64,000 nt of DNA from Paraphysomonas bandaiensis (taxonomy: Eukaryota; Protista; Chrysophyceae). The stretch covers positions 355,862 through 419,861 of the forward strand of contig CBFFRP010000433.1 in NCBI GenBank assembly GCA_965644295.1. Reading direction: 5' to 3'. Shown here one piece after another: positions 1-14,349 of this stretch. The translations under genes and the position numbers were made by a program. The stretch's first letter is position 1. Each line of letters begins with the position of its first letter. The notes beneath the pieces were generated by a model. It saw only the letters and a list, made by a program, of their open reading frames with translations. It was not told the DNA's origin and searched no databases.

Positions 1-2824
1 AAGATGAAACTGCTGTCACAAAGGTATTCTTTAATCTGGGTTCAATTTACTAGTGATTGCGCAATGTACCGTCGCATGTTGTAGCTTACCCTTAGTTATT
101 CTTGTAGACCAAAATTAGGGGACTCCTGGCTTTGCTCAAACATGCCAACATACTGTACACTGAAAACCCAGAAGGGTAAGAGTTGTACACGTCGATAAGT
201 AGTTGTCATGGGAAATGCCGTGTACTGGAATTTGTATCATACTGCCACTATTGTGTGAAATTGCATTTAATATTATTGGATGATATGGTGTAGTGTAGTG
301 AAAATTTGATTTTAATTTGGTATATTTCCATGAGTTGGGTATTGGTGATGCGATTTCCTTTTTATGCAGCTCTCCCGTGAAGCTCGGGCTTTCGCAAGAT
401 GTTTCCAGCTATCGCATTCTTCGGAATACCCACGGTATATATTAATGTCACCACTGCTTATTTAATTCCTAATATCCAGACAAGTTTTTATTGAGTCAAA
501 TATCTAAAGCTCTTGGCAAGAGTAGTGTGAATGCTAACGAGGTATGTTTCTGCGTATTGACGTACGATTAACTTGTATTTAAATTGAATTTTTAACGGAT
601 TTTTCTCAGTGGGTCTCGTTGGTGTGGGAGACGAATAATGACTTAGTGAACAAGCGGTGCGGTAAGCAGCATTGTGAATTTTTACACTCGTGCATATTTT
701 AATACCCACACTGATATTGCATCTCTGTCAACGTATCTGTAATTTGATGGGTGAAAGTCGTCAAGAGTGAGACATCTGTTTTACAGAAAGCATTGCGACC
801 TTTACAAATGAAATGATGAAAGTTTATACCGAAGTGAATGATTCTATTCACGACAAGAATTTTTGTGACAGCGCGTCAAGCTGCTCGCCGAAAACGCTAA
901 CAGAAAGCAATTCTAACAATGTGGAGGATACTGTTGCTGCAAAGGCAGATCACTGTCTAATAAGCAAGTCTAGTTCAAGCATCACTGTGGGCAGCAGTCC
1001 ATCCTACGATAGCGTTGACTATATGTCAACTTCTCTGTCTAGAGTAGATCCTATTGCGAAAGGTACACTCCATCTTATTTCATAACCGATATTCTATGAG
1101 TCATCTTAATATAAATCGCATTATTGTTAGATTATGAAACCAGAAGCTGGCGTTTCGTGGATCTCAATGCACTACCTGTAGAGAAAGCTGACATGGTCAC
1201 TTCTAGTTACGACAGAGACCACCCTTGCAAATCTCGCCCAGGTATTTATCCATCTGACGGCGTACGGGTTCAGATGAGAAGCGTTTCAAACGTATCATCG
1301 TCCAAAACATGGACAGATGCGGTGGATTGCGTTGCCCCGCCGGGATTTGGAACCAGGGATATTTCTCAGCACATCGCACCGACGGTAAATGCATATATAG
1401 TACATGCGTATTTCATTTCAGTAATCATTAAATCAATGTTATGATTTTTAGCATATATAGTCGATATGTTGTCTGTATGACCCTTATCTAATTGCGTTTG
1501 TTGCTGCAGATGTCAAACTTTCAACAGTATAGGTCCCATGTCGACCATCAGAAACCTATCCTTCCAGCAGGTACTGTAATATATGTTGATTATATGATAT
1601 ATGCATTGCTATAGTACGCACAGAAGACATATCAACGTTCATAGTAATCAACATATAAATATAGAGGGACCTTGTCAACAGCACTCACCGTCATTACCAG
1701 TTGGGTCGCAAGTTCAGTATTCTTATGCGGCACAAGGAAGCCGCACGAGGCCGCTTCATGTTGAAGGTATTAACTATTATTTCTAGATTTATGCAAGAAA
1801 GTATCAGCTCTAATTTTGTGATCTATGTGTATGATGCAGACTGGCAACCGATGAGCACTGCTCAACAGGCATCTCAAGTTGCATATCCTACGAAGCGCAT
1901 CACTTCCAGGAACTCTACTGTACTTGGTTCAAATATGTTCAACGAAGGATTACATTCGCCTCCAGTTATACAAGAGCATGTTCGTGCTCCGCTAGTGCCA
2001 TATCAGCAGCATCCTGAGCCCTCAGCATATGGGCAGCAGGATATAAGGGTGAACACATTTTATAGATCTTACCATTATACGCTACGTATATTATGATATT
2101 GTGTGTAGCTGTGCAGTTAACGGTGCTATTCCGCAGATGTATTGTTCACTCTATAATAGTTATGACATTAATTATCAGAGTTCACGCCCTGATACCAGCT
2201 ATCAACCTACCCATTTTCAATACCACCCACCTCTCAGACAGCCTGGTAGGTTCTTAAGTCGTATATGTGTTTCGTATTCTAATACCTTTCATGTACTTGA
2301 CATTCGAATTATAGTATATCGAATGTTAGGGCTAACGTTGTTTTGTTTCTAGACGACTACCTCTCTTCAGGTACACGATTTCAAAGAGATGCTCTTTGCA
2401 CCTCGATTTCTGATATTTCTATGAAGGTAAGATTTCTTTCGAATAATATATGTATTCTGCAGGGTATATGATGACTATGCTAATGGAAACATTCGTGTCT
2501 CAAAGTCAATCTGTATATGTTTCTACATGTAGGACGATGATAAGCCTTCGAGTGTCGATGCAGCCCCATGTCAAAGCGCCTCTGGGATATGGAAGCACGC
2601 GTCATCGAGGTAATACCATGTATAGCTGGGTACCACATGTTGTACTTAGTGCAGTGGTAGTACTCTGTTTGTCCAAGTCTATTAAAATTTAGTTTCTGAA
2701 TGTCGCAACAATTTCTGACAGGTCCCTGAATGCATCTGGTGATGACAGCATCAGTGCTTCTTTTTCTTCTGAGTTTGATATTTTTTACACTCCCAGTTTT
2801 GATTTTGAATTTACAAGTGCGTAG
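1..2824 (+). CDS. Multi-exon hypothetical protein, 5'-partial, Ser/Pro/Gln-rich C-terminal half
   Basis: Short exons splice in frame through GT-AG introns (TKIRGLLALLKHANILYTENPEG / SPVKLGLSQDVSSYRILRNTH / DKFLLSQISKALGKSSVNANE / WVSLVWETNNDLVNKRC / ESIATFTNEMMKVY, joining ORF 813..1085). Probable last exon ends DFEFTSA-TAG at 2824. No family recognised. Confidence 0.55.
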
Positions 2825-4596
2825 TTTCGCAATGTGTGATTCGTACTATGTCAATCGTATGTGTGGGACATGCAATATTGCTGTATCTTTGAAAATGATT
2901 AATTTTTGAGTACTGCAGTCTTATAATTTGTGTGGTTACCTATCCCGATGATGTATATACCTTGTATTCATTTAATACATGCAGGTGCGAGTGTCTCTTC
3001 CGAACACACTGAGTAATGCTTCATCTTTCACTCAATGTAATTTGCACTTATGTGATTTCGGATATTACTTATTCATGGCTATTTGCACGTGATGGTCAGA
3101 GGATGACCAGTTTGACAATTGAAATCACAATGAAAAGTTTCTACAAATTGATTAACATATATGGCATGATAGTAAGTGTGGATTCCCACACAATGTTGTA
3201 CTCGATGCAATAACAGTATATGAGTCCCCACGCTATTTCTATACTGATAAAGAATATGGACGTAACACCGTAACGATATTGATGATTGACGAAATGTATG
3301 CGTCGTAATCATCTTCCATTATGTTTATATATGTAATTCACTTGGTAATATATCGACGTACATGAAGCATATACATCTTCCTCTAAAGTACAACTAAATC
3401 ACTTGTGAGGTATGTACAAGATATATATAAGCTGCATATATATCTTACAATCTTGTGAGTGCTAATCACTGTATTACATGCACCACAGTATGTGTATGCT
3501 GTTCGGGAGGTCCCTTAATAGTCAAGCGCCAAACCAATATCACTCTTGCCTACTACTATCCACGGGTGTGGGAGATCAAATAATCTAGTTTGATATATTG
3601 TGTAATTCAGAGTAATGCTAGACTTAAGTGGATATAAAGTTTTGGTAACAATGATTTAAAATTACCAGGAATAATGACTATGGTGTCAGGAGTATTCCAC
3701 GAAAATATCAGCAGTATTAGCAACTAAGAGTATTGAAGTGATGGTAGAACTGTTTAGATGCAGTAGTGGCTGCTTGATACTTTAAAACGAACGCAATTGA
3801 GAGTACCTGTAGTTTGAAGCGTGTAGTTAGAGCATCCTCACCGAGAAATTTCACTGCCATCATTCTAATTTTCTACAGCAGACAACGAAAAGTGTTTTTG
3901 AAAGTTGACTCATGATTGTGATTTCCCTAAAATTGTGTATAATGATAAATCACTTTCAAAAGACTGTTAAAATTATCCCTATTATGTCTCAAAAGAGTCT
4001 TATTTTTACCTGAGTTGGGTTCAGCAGAACGCTCATATGAGCACCTCTATTCGTTTACCATCAATATTCGGTTCAACAGAAACTTATACTTCTACCTCTA
4101 AATAATGATATTGACAATCATTTGTATGTGATTTTATTATATAGCACAATTTCAGGGAAACCACAATGATGAGGCAACTTTCAAAACAGAGGATCAAACA
4201 TTCTATGTCGAATTCCAGTCTTCGTTCTACATCAGATCATAATAATTTGATGTCAGTGCAAACGATCTATTTCCGTAATATCCACGACTTCGAAACAACT
4301 TCAAGAATATTACTTGAGAGTTGAAATGCCACATCTGATTCTGCATAGATAATAAGGAGCAGTGTTGCACCTAGTCCTTTTAGAGTTTGAGTCACGTCGT
4401 GTTTAACAGGATTATGTTGTATCATAGTAAACACACAGCATTCAAATCAGGTGCACTACTAGCAGAGCTTAAGCGTGTTGCATATAAATGTGATGGTGAT
4501 GCTAATTAAGGCAATAAGCAACAGCGCGACTACAATTTTTCACATTCATCGTCACACTTATGTAAGAATTTTAACACTTCGCATTTTCTATAGAAG

Positions 4597-5346
4597 TGAG
4601 TGTCTTATTACTAGCAATAGGGATTTAAGAGTTAGAACTAATTTAGCATTGCAATTTCACTAACTAGTTCTTAACTCTGATATCCTACTTGTGAGTCACC
4701 GCAAGCACCAAGGTGCAACCACTTTCGCTATATCGCTCAAAGCAAACGCAGTAAGCAATCAGAATGTTGATATTATACCTGACATAATTTTTGAGTCCTG
4801 GAAGTGAGCAACCCAGATGTAAGAGAGAGCAGGCGAAAACAATTGATTACGGATTACTCTAAACAATTATTCCCCTAGTTTCTATAATAAAATGAAGGAA
4901 ACGCCGGACTCGCACCTTTTCGTGGTGTTTTGGTACTGGAGATATTTTCTCCGGGAAACTAACGTGAGCTGCATATATAATCAGCAGTTACTTTTCTGCC
5001 CAAATTCTTGTGTGGTACAACAATAAGTGTCACTTGTGTAGACGTCTTTGAGCCTTGACAAATAAACAAATAAACAGGCATCCGGCGGGGGGTATTGGGA
5101 TGCCTAATGAAGTCAAGCATCTTCCGCGCTTTTCACTGTCGGCCTTCAAGACTCAACATTCTGCTTGCTCACTGCGTTGGTTTGAGTGAAAGAGCAAAGG
5201 TGTTTGCACCTTGGTACTTGCGGTACGCACAATCACCTTTCGTAGTGCAAAATAGTAGGATATCAGAATTAAGCACTTGTTAGTTAAACTGTTTTGCTAA
5301 ATTAGTTCTGACTCTTACACGCCCATTGCTAATAATCAGACATTCA
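4597..5346. repeat. Degenerate long inverted repeat (arms 4597-4770 and 5153-5346); possible old MITE/foldback DNA transposon
   Basis: The reverse complement of the right arm matches the left arm in blocks such as agaactaatttagca, ctgatatcctact, accgcaag(c/t)accaaggtgcaa and cagaatgttga, with one ~20-nt indel. No TSD seen. Confidence 0.75.
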
Positions 5347-5532
5347 TAACGGTTGCTAATAATGAGGCTTTCACTACACTATATCACTACAAAAGAGAAG
5401 CTTGCAACATATAATTAACACTATATTTATTCGGCTTAAAATTGATTGTGAAACGAACTATATACCAATACACAGCTACTTCTCGGATCACAGTCGATAT
5501 GTACAGACCAGCAAATAATAGCACTTAATATC

Positions 5533-8500
5533 TTAAGAAAATGTCTGACGATCCGTCCTGTTCTTACTCTTGAACCTGGATACCGCAGATGACATTTTAC
5601 CAAACATAGTTGACTTCGCGGAAGCAGTTGACGGCGACACTTTCATCTGTCGACAGATATCGACATTTTAGACATATAAATATCTACAATGCACGAAAAA
5701 ACTAACCTGTGGGGAGTTTCTACGAGTAAAGGATGACTTCCCTTTCGGGGGGCTAACTTCATCTCCATCGGAAGAAGTGCTGGATGACCGTCCAATTATC
5801 TTATTTCCTCCTTCTATTACTCTGGAAGTAACACCGCTCAAATCAAACGAAGGAATTTTCTGTATACGCTGTGGCCCACTGTTCATTGCCCCACCAGTGC
5901 CGCCTTGCGAATGACTGGAAGCTTGTTTCGTCGGTCTTGGAGGGCTATGACTCTGCGTATGTGTGGAGTTGATGAAGTAGCTCTCTCGCCGCCCTTTCAC
6001 TGCGGCGTATCGACTGGCACTGCTACCAACAACATCCGTACTCATCATCTGCTCTGCAGAAGGTGCTAGCGCACGGCTGACATAAGTCTGACGCGTCTTT
6101 GACCCTGGTGTGTGTGCACTTGCGGAGCTAGATTTACTTCCTGAAACTTTGCGCAGAGAATGCGGGCCAATCCGTTCAGAATTATTCGAGAAAGACTCTT
6201 TGCCTGTAGAAGCATTCTTTCCTTCCCACGGTAATGGAGTGTCCCACTTTATGGCAGCAAATATCTCACTGTCGCAACACACAGTTAAATGAAATATATC
6301 ATTCATATACAACCACTTTTTCAATACAATATATACGCTGCACACATCACATTAAAAATATGAAATGTTACAACAAAATGACTAAGTAGGGCATCAAATA
6401 TTCATGCATGCACATATCCCACAAACCTTAAGGGGGTGTACCACTCAGCTTTCGGCCCGTAATCCACACGAGACTTAAGGAGACTCAAGACTACGTGAGT
6501 GTTAAGATGTCGGAGATCCTCGCTCACCATCTACGACAATATCGCACACAGTTAATATATTCATGGGGTATAAAATAGACATCCCAGTGCTCCAATTGCA
6601 AAAATAACGTTTGACTGGCACCTAACACTAAAAAAGTTTGGCTGACATCGACTCACCTTCACTACATTCTCAGCGGGCGTCATAAATATATACACAATTT
6701 CACGAAGACAGAGGATCAAATCTCTAGTATCTTGGCAATCCATCACAACAAAGGCCTGTTTCCAACAGATAGACAACAATTAATCTTTGATGCAGATTAA
6801 GCCCATGCTTGCGAACTACGAAACTATGATGGCCAACACAAATAGGTCTTACATTATGATACTCGTCCATATCTCGAACAAGTACGAATGCCCCTTCTTC
6901 AGAAACTTTATGGCGCCTGGAACGAAAATAAGAAACAATAAAATAAACTCAGCAAAGAGAGTAGAACGATAACGCATCATATAACGAGCACTTATCATAC
7001 TTAATATGTGAAATTAACACTGCCGCAAATTGTCTGCCGAGAGGTTTCCACAGCACCTGAAAATGACATACTATGACCACAGTATTAAAAGAAAATGGAT
7101 TGCGCTTACTTCAGTCAACTTGAACTCACTGCGCAGTTTCTCAGTGGCATTCTACAAAGTACGATCAAAAAATATATATGATACTGCTCATTTAAGAGTT
7201 CAAATTAAACAAGGGGTGCAGCGAGTTCACAAATGTGAAGAACTCAGAGATCATGCTGGATAAACTCACATTGATAAGATCAACCAAATGCTGGCACACT
7301 TTTCTACAAGCAGTTGTCGGCTCAATCCCTCCATTTCCTGAGTCGAACTACACGAAACAGTTCTTTAGCAGAAAGACAATGACATAAGTTTCTCTACCTT
7401 CGGGGCAAAGTCGTGGCGTGATTGTACTGAAATTAGAACCCTTTCGTAGTAATTCACCAAGCAAGATATCCAGGACTGAGATAATCGTTAAAAGGTAAAC
7501 AAGTCCAACGACAACAACGAAAAATGATTGATGTACATTAGCACAGCACGAGCGTACGCACACCTGCATGGCACCCTGAATAAAGACCTCAATACTTTTC
7601 GTCGTCTGTCTTCGGCTCTCTTGACACACCGTGAGAGCATTGGGCTGCACGCTGATACATATACGTAACTAAGACTCAGTGCGGCATACACATAAAAAGT
7701 AATAGCATTCAAGAGCTGAAAAGTGCCTGTACCTCAAAGGTTTAGAAAATACAGCTTCAAAATGTGATCGGAAGAGCTTAACACCTAGTATATATGGGGC
7801 ATAAATTCTTGTTTGGTGATACGAGGTTATATGATTGCCGTCATATTATATATACCTCTCTACTTCGTATGCAAGGTATTATACTAAACTATGTAGAGCA
7901 TTTATATCCAGCATATATATCCAAGGTTACATAGGACGCCTGCACTTCGACATACCTTTGTGAAAAGATGAAATCGCTATAATAAACTCTTGGTCTGGAG
8001 GTGTCAAGGAGGCTTGTCGCCGCGAGTTCTTCAACTGCACCAAAAAAATCAGACAACTTAAAGACAAACACCAAAACAGTAGCAAAGAATTTCGTCGTGA
8101 AATAGATGTCAGCATGAAGAAGTATCAAGCGCAACGTCAAATGCTCACTTTATCAGCCAAAAGTTTGATGGTTTTCGCCCACGGTATGAAAACGCAATCG
8201 GACAGAAACGACGTTACAATCAAGTACACATCCTTTATACACAGCGGGAGTTTTTTCTGGGCATATACACCTCGTTAGCACCCATACCAAACATATCTCA
8301 TCGATAAACACTATAGTAGTGTATCATAAAATAAAAATATTATGTGCATATATGCCATCTATCCAATGAAATATACAGGTTCTAAGTATAGATCAATACA
8401 TTCCTCAAAGCATACCGCATCATCTCGTCCAATATGAATCATTCGACCAACGGTCTCACTTGACACGTTTAGAACTGCTGGGATGAACTGGGGAGTTGCG

Positions 8501-11421
8501 ATGCTAGACACCAGCTGACCCACGTTCTTCACCTAAAACGAAAAATGCTTTAATGCTTCCCCAATGCAGCATCAATATAGAAAGGGATACAACTATATAC
8601 CTTCTCTGGTTTCAAACGGGGCAACAAATCTAGTCAAACAATTCCAGATTAATGAAAACTTCCCCAATGTAGCATGCAGCACCAACAACGTTCAATTCAG
8701 CTTAATACACATACCCGTTGTACTCTTCGACAAGAGGGTCGGGTCCTGGAAGGCTTGATTCATCAACTCGCCAAACCGATTCCTACTCCGCGACACAACA
8801 GGGGGTAGTTTTAAGCACACAATATTAATACATCCCAAATAGCGCTATTGCCACTTATTATATCAAACACGCGCGACATCTAGAAAAGTACATGTAATTA
8901 CTTATTACCTGAGCAGGAAGAGTTCTTTTTGAAAGTAGTCCCGAAGATAGTTCTGAAACACTTGTGCCACTTGATCTTCCAAAAATGCCTGTAACTCTTC
9001 GTTTTTCTGCCGCTTCTCCATATTCTCTTTTTCTAGTTGATCTTCTTTTTGCTTCTGCACCACACTCATATACCCTGTAATTATCATGGCAGCATCACTG
9101 TTAGAGAAATAAGGTCAAAAATGGGCATCCATTCCATTGAGCAGGCCTTCAAAGCGACTTAATTGACACGCTGTGGCGCGTACCTGAAGCGCCTGATGGC
9201 TCCTGTACTATTGTGTGAACAGATGGGAATGCGCCATCCTTGGTCTCCTCAAAATCATCATCTAGAGAGATGCTATCCCTGCAAAAAACACATCAAGCAG
9301 GAGAAAGAGTACACACAACATTTCTCAACAAAACTATCCACACTTGGCCCTATATCCATACAATTCAGAGAAAATACGCACGTGCAGTACTCCAAGAGCA
9401 TCAAATGTAAGGCAGATAGCTTTTCTCTTACAGTAACCAGGGCATCCAGGTAGTCCGCAGGAGACAACGATGGAGCTGGCGGTTTAGGTCGAAGTACACT
9501 ATCCACGCGCGCCTACAATAGTTTGTTAATTCCCAATTGGTGTAACCACGCTTCGACCACGATAATCAGGGTCAGTTACTACACTGAACGTACTTGTATT
9601 CCGAAAGCGGGGTCGTTGAATATTCGGGAGACAAGCATTTTGGTCACCTTTCCCACGGATTGACTGGGGAAAACCTGAAGCAAAACATTCAAACATTTTC
9701 CAAACAAGAAAACAACAATTTATTCGAGTGGTGAATAGATGAGATATCCTGTTCACTAATGTTCACTAACTTTGTTACGGCACATATCATACAGGTACAT
9801 TGTGTAAAAGCTCCAGCATGTCATATGTTACACGTACCTGTCGTATGATGGAAAACTGCTCCTGACAAAGGTCGCTGACAGACACAAACAGCTCGGAAAG
9901 GTGGTCGATTAGCGAGAACGAATCGTATGTATTGTTGCTTGTCATGGACAATTCTGCATGAGGGAATGTACATCATCAGTGTTAGGAGGACACGCGACAT
10001 GTTCCCACCTGATGACGGTGCCCTCCCCATAATCCGTCCATACATTGTAGGTGCATTTGAAGGTTTCGCAGGCGACATATCACTCGGTGCAGGGGGAATC
10101 GGTATAAAAGAACCTACAGCCATAGGGATTCTCTTTTCCACCACGCTAAATATAAACCGCTTTTGAAGGGCGGAGCCGCCACGAAAGAGGTGCAACCATT
10201 GTGCGAGGTTCTGCCATATATAACACAAATTACATACAGTACATTGTGATAAAAAATTTGCCATGCGGCAATACAATGAACCTAGAAAGTAGCATAGTTG
10301 ACCATACCTGTGCATGTGTTACATGTTTCTCGACACCGGGCTCATCGAGAATAGTATTCACAGCATCCTCAAACTACACAGAATAAAAGTAACAAACCAC
10401 ATACAAGAAAAAGGAGATAGACATCAACAGCTCAATAAATGTAAGCAACCAACAACTTCAACACATGTTTCACAGAAACGGTGTAGCACACATATATTAT
10501 TCGGGTGCCTACCTGTTCAAGTAACTCCCTCTCCACAGCCTCCGACAAATTTCTGATATTTTCCTAGAGAATGTTGAGAGCTTGTGAGCATTATTTTCAA
10601 CATCACACAATATACCCCAATGCGATTACTGGGTACGGTACATATAAAAGTGGAATACTATACACCTCACAACATATTCACAATATTAACCGACAACGAA
10701 AGAATACAAGCCCTACCTCTGCGTGCTTTACATCATCAGTAGCAACGTCGTATAATATCCTCCGTAAATTTGCTAATATCTGCATGTATATCAGCTCGAT
10801 GTTAAGAATACAATTCTCAATACAAAATACGTAGTCGGATCATGCTCGAAATAAACATAAAATAGGTAGCAGACATACATTCGATATCTCTCCCCAATCC
10901 TTACTCCTTAAATCTGGCGGTAATTTCGATTTTAGTTCAACCCCAATACATTCCTTTAACTGCTTACTAAACCCTTTGCATTCCACTCCCTCAAAATATT
11001 CTATATAATTCATTAGATCCTGTGCAAAAGCTATTTTAATCCGCTCCGATTCAGCAGTAGTCAGCCGTTCACCAAGGCGAATAGCTCCGTTGGATGCTGT
11101 TTCGAACTGTTTTAGTACCCGTTCAACATCTTTCTCAATATCTATGAGGTATCCAGTTTGAACATCAATTTGCTGATATAGAGACTTCTCAGATGATATC
11201 ACAGTCGCCTGTGCAGTAGCCACTTCGTCCTCTATTAAAGAAGATACACCTCTTAAGTTATCCACACTATCATCTAGGATATCATAGAGCTGTTCGGGAG
11301 TTAAGTTATCGATGTTATCAGTTAATCCCTCTAAGAAACGACATGTGTCATAGTTTACAGCTTTTAAATGCTCTCGTATTGAATAATTTCGTGTAGAAAG
11401 AGATTGAGAGGAGTGACTCAT
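5533..11421 (-). CDS. SEC10: Exocyst complex component Sec10/EXOC5 (multi-exon) with a Ser-rich C-terminal extension
   Basis: N-terminal coiled coil ...FETASNGAIRLGERLTTAESERIKIAFAQDLMNYIEYF. C-terminal Sec10-type segments KVSEEGAFVLVRDMDEYH, LREIVYIFMTPAENV and DLRHLNTHVVLSLLKSRVDY lie in successive exons. Last exon ends TDRQTFS-TAA (5533-5535). Confidence 0.8.
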
Positions 11422-11597
11422 TGTGTCTTATGATAGAAGTGGATGGTTAAAGGGGTGGGGGTGAGATATGTATGGAAAGATGTTAACGCAGTAGGATTAT
11501 ACTGATATACAAACAGATGCGGCTGGAGCTAATATGACTATGAAGGATGAACACTGCTGTATAGACCGCTGTATCCACAACAGTATAAACGATCATG

Positions 11598-11835
11598 CAT
11601 ACATACATACATACATATATACACATACATACATATATACACATACATACATACATACATACATACATACATACATACATACATACATACATACATACAT
11701 ACATACATACATACATACATACATACATACATACATACATACATACATACATACATACATACATACATACATACATACATACATACATACATACATACAT
11801 ACATACATACATACATACATACATACATACATACA
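11598..11835. repeat. (TACA)n/(TATG)n tetranucleotide microsatellite, ~240 bp
   Basis: Directly visible; nearly perfect, with two short interruptions near the left end. Confidence 0.98.
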
Positions 11836-12066
11836 GCAGTACATCCATATGTACATATGTACATGTATACAGGTACACGGACATGCATGCATCTTGTTGT
11901 CTATAGTTTCAGGTGTGCTTAACAACAGAGAAATATCACATCAGTGGTCTGGTGGGACACATACGAGAACCATGTATCATCGAATTCCCTCCAGGCTCCC
12001 ATCTTATTCAAATGCATATGTTCCTGTGATATAGTCTAGTCTTCACATAGTGCCTCTATTAGTTCC

Positions 12067-14349
12067 ATGTCGTTTTGTCCACCAGAAGCAGTGGAAACAC
12101 TGAAACATCATTCATCCTCTAATATCACAGATATGATATCATATGAAACTAATAAAGTGTTTAAGAAACCTGATGCATCAAAATACTTCATCACATCTGA
12201 CCAACGCCCTTGCCCAATCGAACCAATGCTACTGCACTATCGCCCCCTTATCACTGGAACACCCTGGACTAATGCTGAGAAAGAAAAGCTCAAGAAATTA
12301 GTACTGGAACAACAAGAAAAGAATCAGAACTCTATTAACTGGACTGAAATCGCAAATGGAATGAGAACTGTAAGTAGGAGAATACGATTGTCAATACAAA
12401 TAGTGATATTGATATAGAGCTCGAAGACTGCTAGAGAGTGCATGATGAAGTATAGGAACTCTATCGACCCATCTATAAACCATTCTGTGTGGAGTGCTGA
12501 AGAAGAACGAAAACTCCTTGAGACTGTAATTAAACACGACGAGCACAATTGGTGCTCGATAGCTGATGAACTTGGCACCAACCGAACACCCTTACAGTGC
12601 CTAAAGTACTATCAGGTGACCTCACAAGTAATATGCCACATTGAATTTCTTTTATTTCGTATAAGCAACACTATAATTATTTTGGTATGTATGATCTCTT
12701 GTCATATCTATTCATTGTAGCTACGATTAAATGCTAGCATATCGAAGAAGTCTGATTGGACAGATGAGGAAGACGCTGTTTTAGAACAGGCAGTTAAACT
12801 ATATGGTACGATAAGTCGATACTGGTGAAGACAAACATATAGATATATATTCGTTAATATAATATCATTCTGTTGATGTATATTGTGAGTGATTATAACA
12901 CATGTTTGTTAGGGGAAAATAATTGGCAGCATGTCGCGAATTGTCTACCTGGAAGAGCTTCAACTCAGTGTGCTATGAGGTATTGAGTAGCGATGAATTC
13001 GTATGTACTGTATATACTGTGCATAGGTTAATGTGTATATATTCTTACACTCTCTGTAATATTAGTATATATGAATGTCCAAATTTGGAGTTAATATATT
13101 TTCTCAGGTGGAGAACTGAGCAGCGGGGTGCTGTCAAACTGGGCCCATGGTCTGAAGATGAAGAGCGTCGACTTATTCTAGCAGTTCTGGCGTATGGAGA
13201 ACAGAAACTGTCTCCCCGCTGCAGTTCGCAAAATGCCGATGAAGAAGTTCGCCATCATACAAATAGTGAGAGCTCTAGTAATGCAGGTACGACATGCGTG
13301 TATCACAAGATATCAGAGTTCGACATGGGTAGCAAATCCTTGAAATGAATGTTTCTTACTACCCCTGCTCTTGTCACTTATGTATAGGTCATGATGACAC
13401 TAATGATGATACACAAAAAAGCCAAATGAGGTTTTTGTGGAAGAAAATTGCGCCCCTGGTGCCAGGAAGGTACGGCCATGGTGTACTGTTCATTCTGAAG
13501 GCAGTGTGATATTAATATTGCGCCTTCTTTCATATAGAGACCCAGTACAGTGTAGAGAGAAGTGGATGAATGTTCTTGACCCTTTTATAGACAGGGGACC
13601 ATTTAGGCCGGAAGAAGATGAGGTGGGTTGACATATTTAGGCTCTATTTACTGTGTGTAAATCCTGTGATGTGCGTTCAGGTCATAATCCGTGAGACTGC
13701 CGGCTTGGATTTTGCCCCTGGTGATGAGTTTGGTAGTTCTCTGAGTGGCTTTAAGTGGGCTAGACTTGCGAAGATGCTTCCAGGACGCACCGATAATAAG
13801 ATTTGGGTCCGTTGGAAAGAACTAAATGGTTGAAACTGTTGATGTTATATGAAGTCTTATGTATACTTGGATATATTATTGCAAAAGTGCCATGATTTGC
13901 TCTATATAACTACATGGCGGTTACATTTTTATTGCATTAGCTTAATCTCATTTTTAGGTAGAAAGAAATCCTCATTGTACCGAGAGCGGGCAAGAAAGCG
14001 CAAGACTATCACTCCTAGTATGCATGCAAGGTATAGAATGCTACTATTGTGGTTGTTGGAAATAAGTTTTCCGCAGTACATGTTTCTATGAGCATATCGT
14101 ATACATAGGCTGACATTTTTGTGCAGACGTACGAAAATTGGTAAAGCGAGAGTGGACGTTAGAGACTATGAAATGGTATTGACTGCGCCATTGCTGACGC
14201 ATGAGAATGAAAAAAATCAGAATAGTGTGGAAACCTCCGAAATGATGAACGTACCTTCAGACACAGAACACCACCACGACAGTGTAGTAGATTCTGAAGT
14301 GATGATAGATGAGCGTGATGCTGTAGAGCAACACCATGACGAAACGTAG
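12067..14349 (+). CDS. SNAPC4: Multi-repeat Myb protein, SNAPc subunit 4 (SNAP190)-like; start codon uncertain
   Basis: Successive Myb repeats across exons: WTNAEKEKL...WTEIANGM...ECMMKYRNSIDPSINHSVWSAEEE, NWCSIADELGTNRTPLQCLKYYQ (typical of SNAPC4/4R-MYB), WTDEEDAVL, GPWSEDEE, QCREKWMNVLDP, WARLAKMLPGRTDNKIWVRW. Confidence 0.72.

Noticed and set aside
3567-3840. Possible solo LTR (TGTGGGAG...CATCCTCA, ~274 bp)
   Set aside because: Termini are only loosely inverted, the putative TSD matches 3 of 5, and there is no second copy in the window.
11483-12034. Several 100-166-aa ORFs with MYVC/HTYI repeats
   Set aside because: They are translations of the (TACA)n microsatellite, which has no stop codons; not genes.
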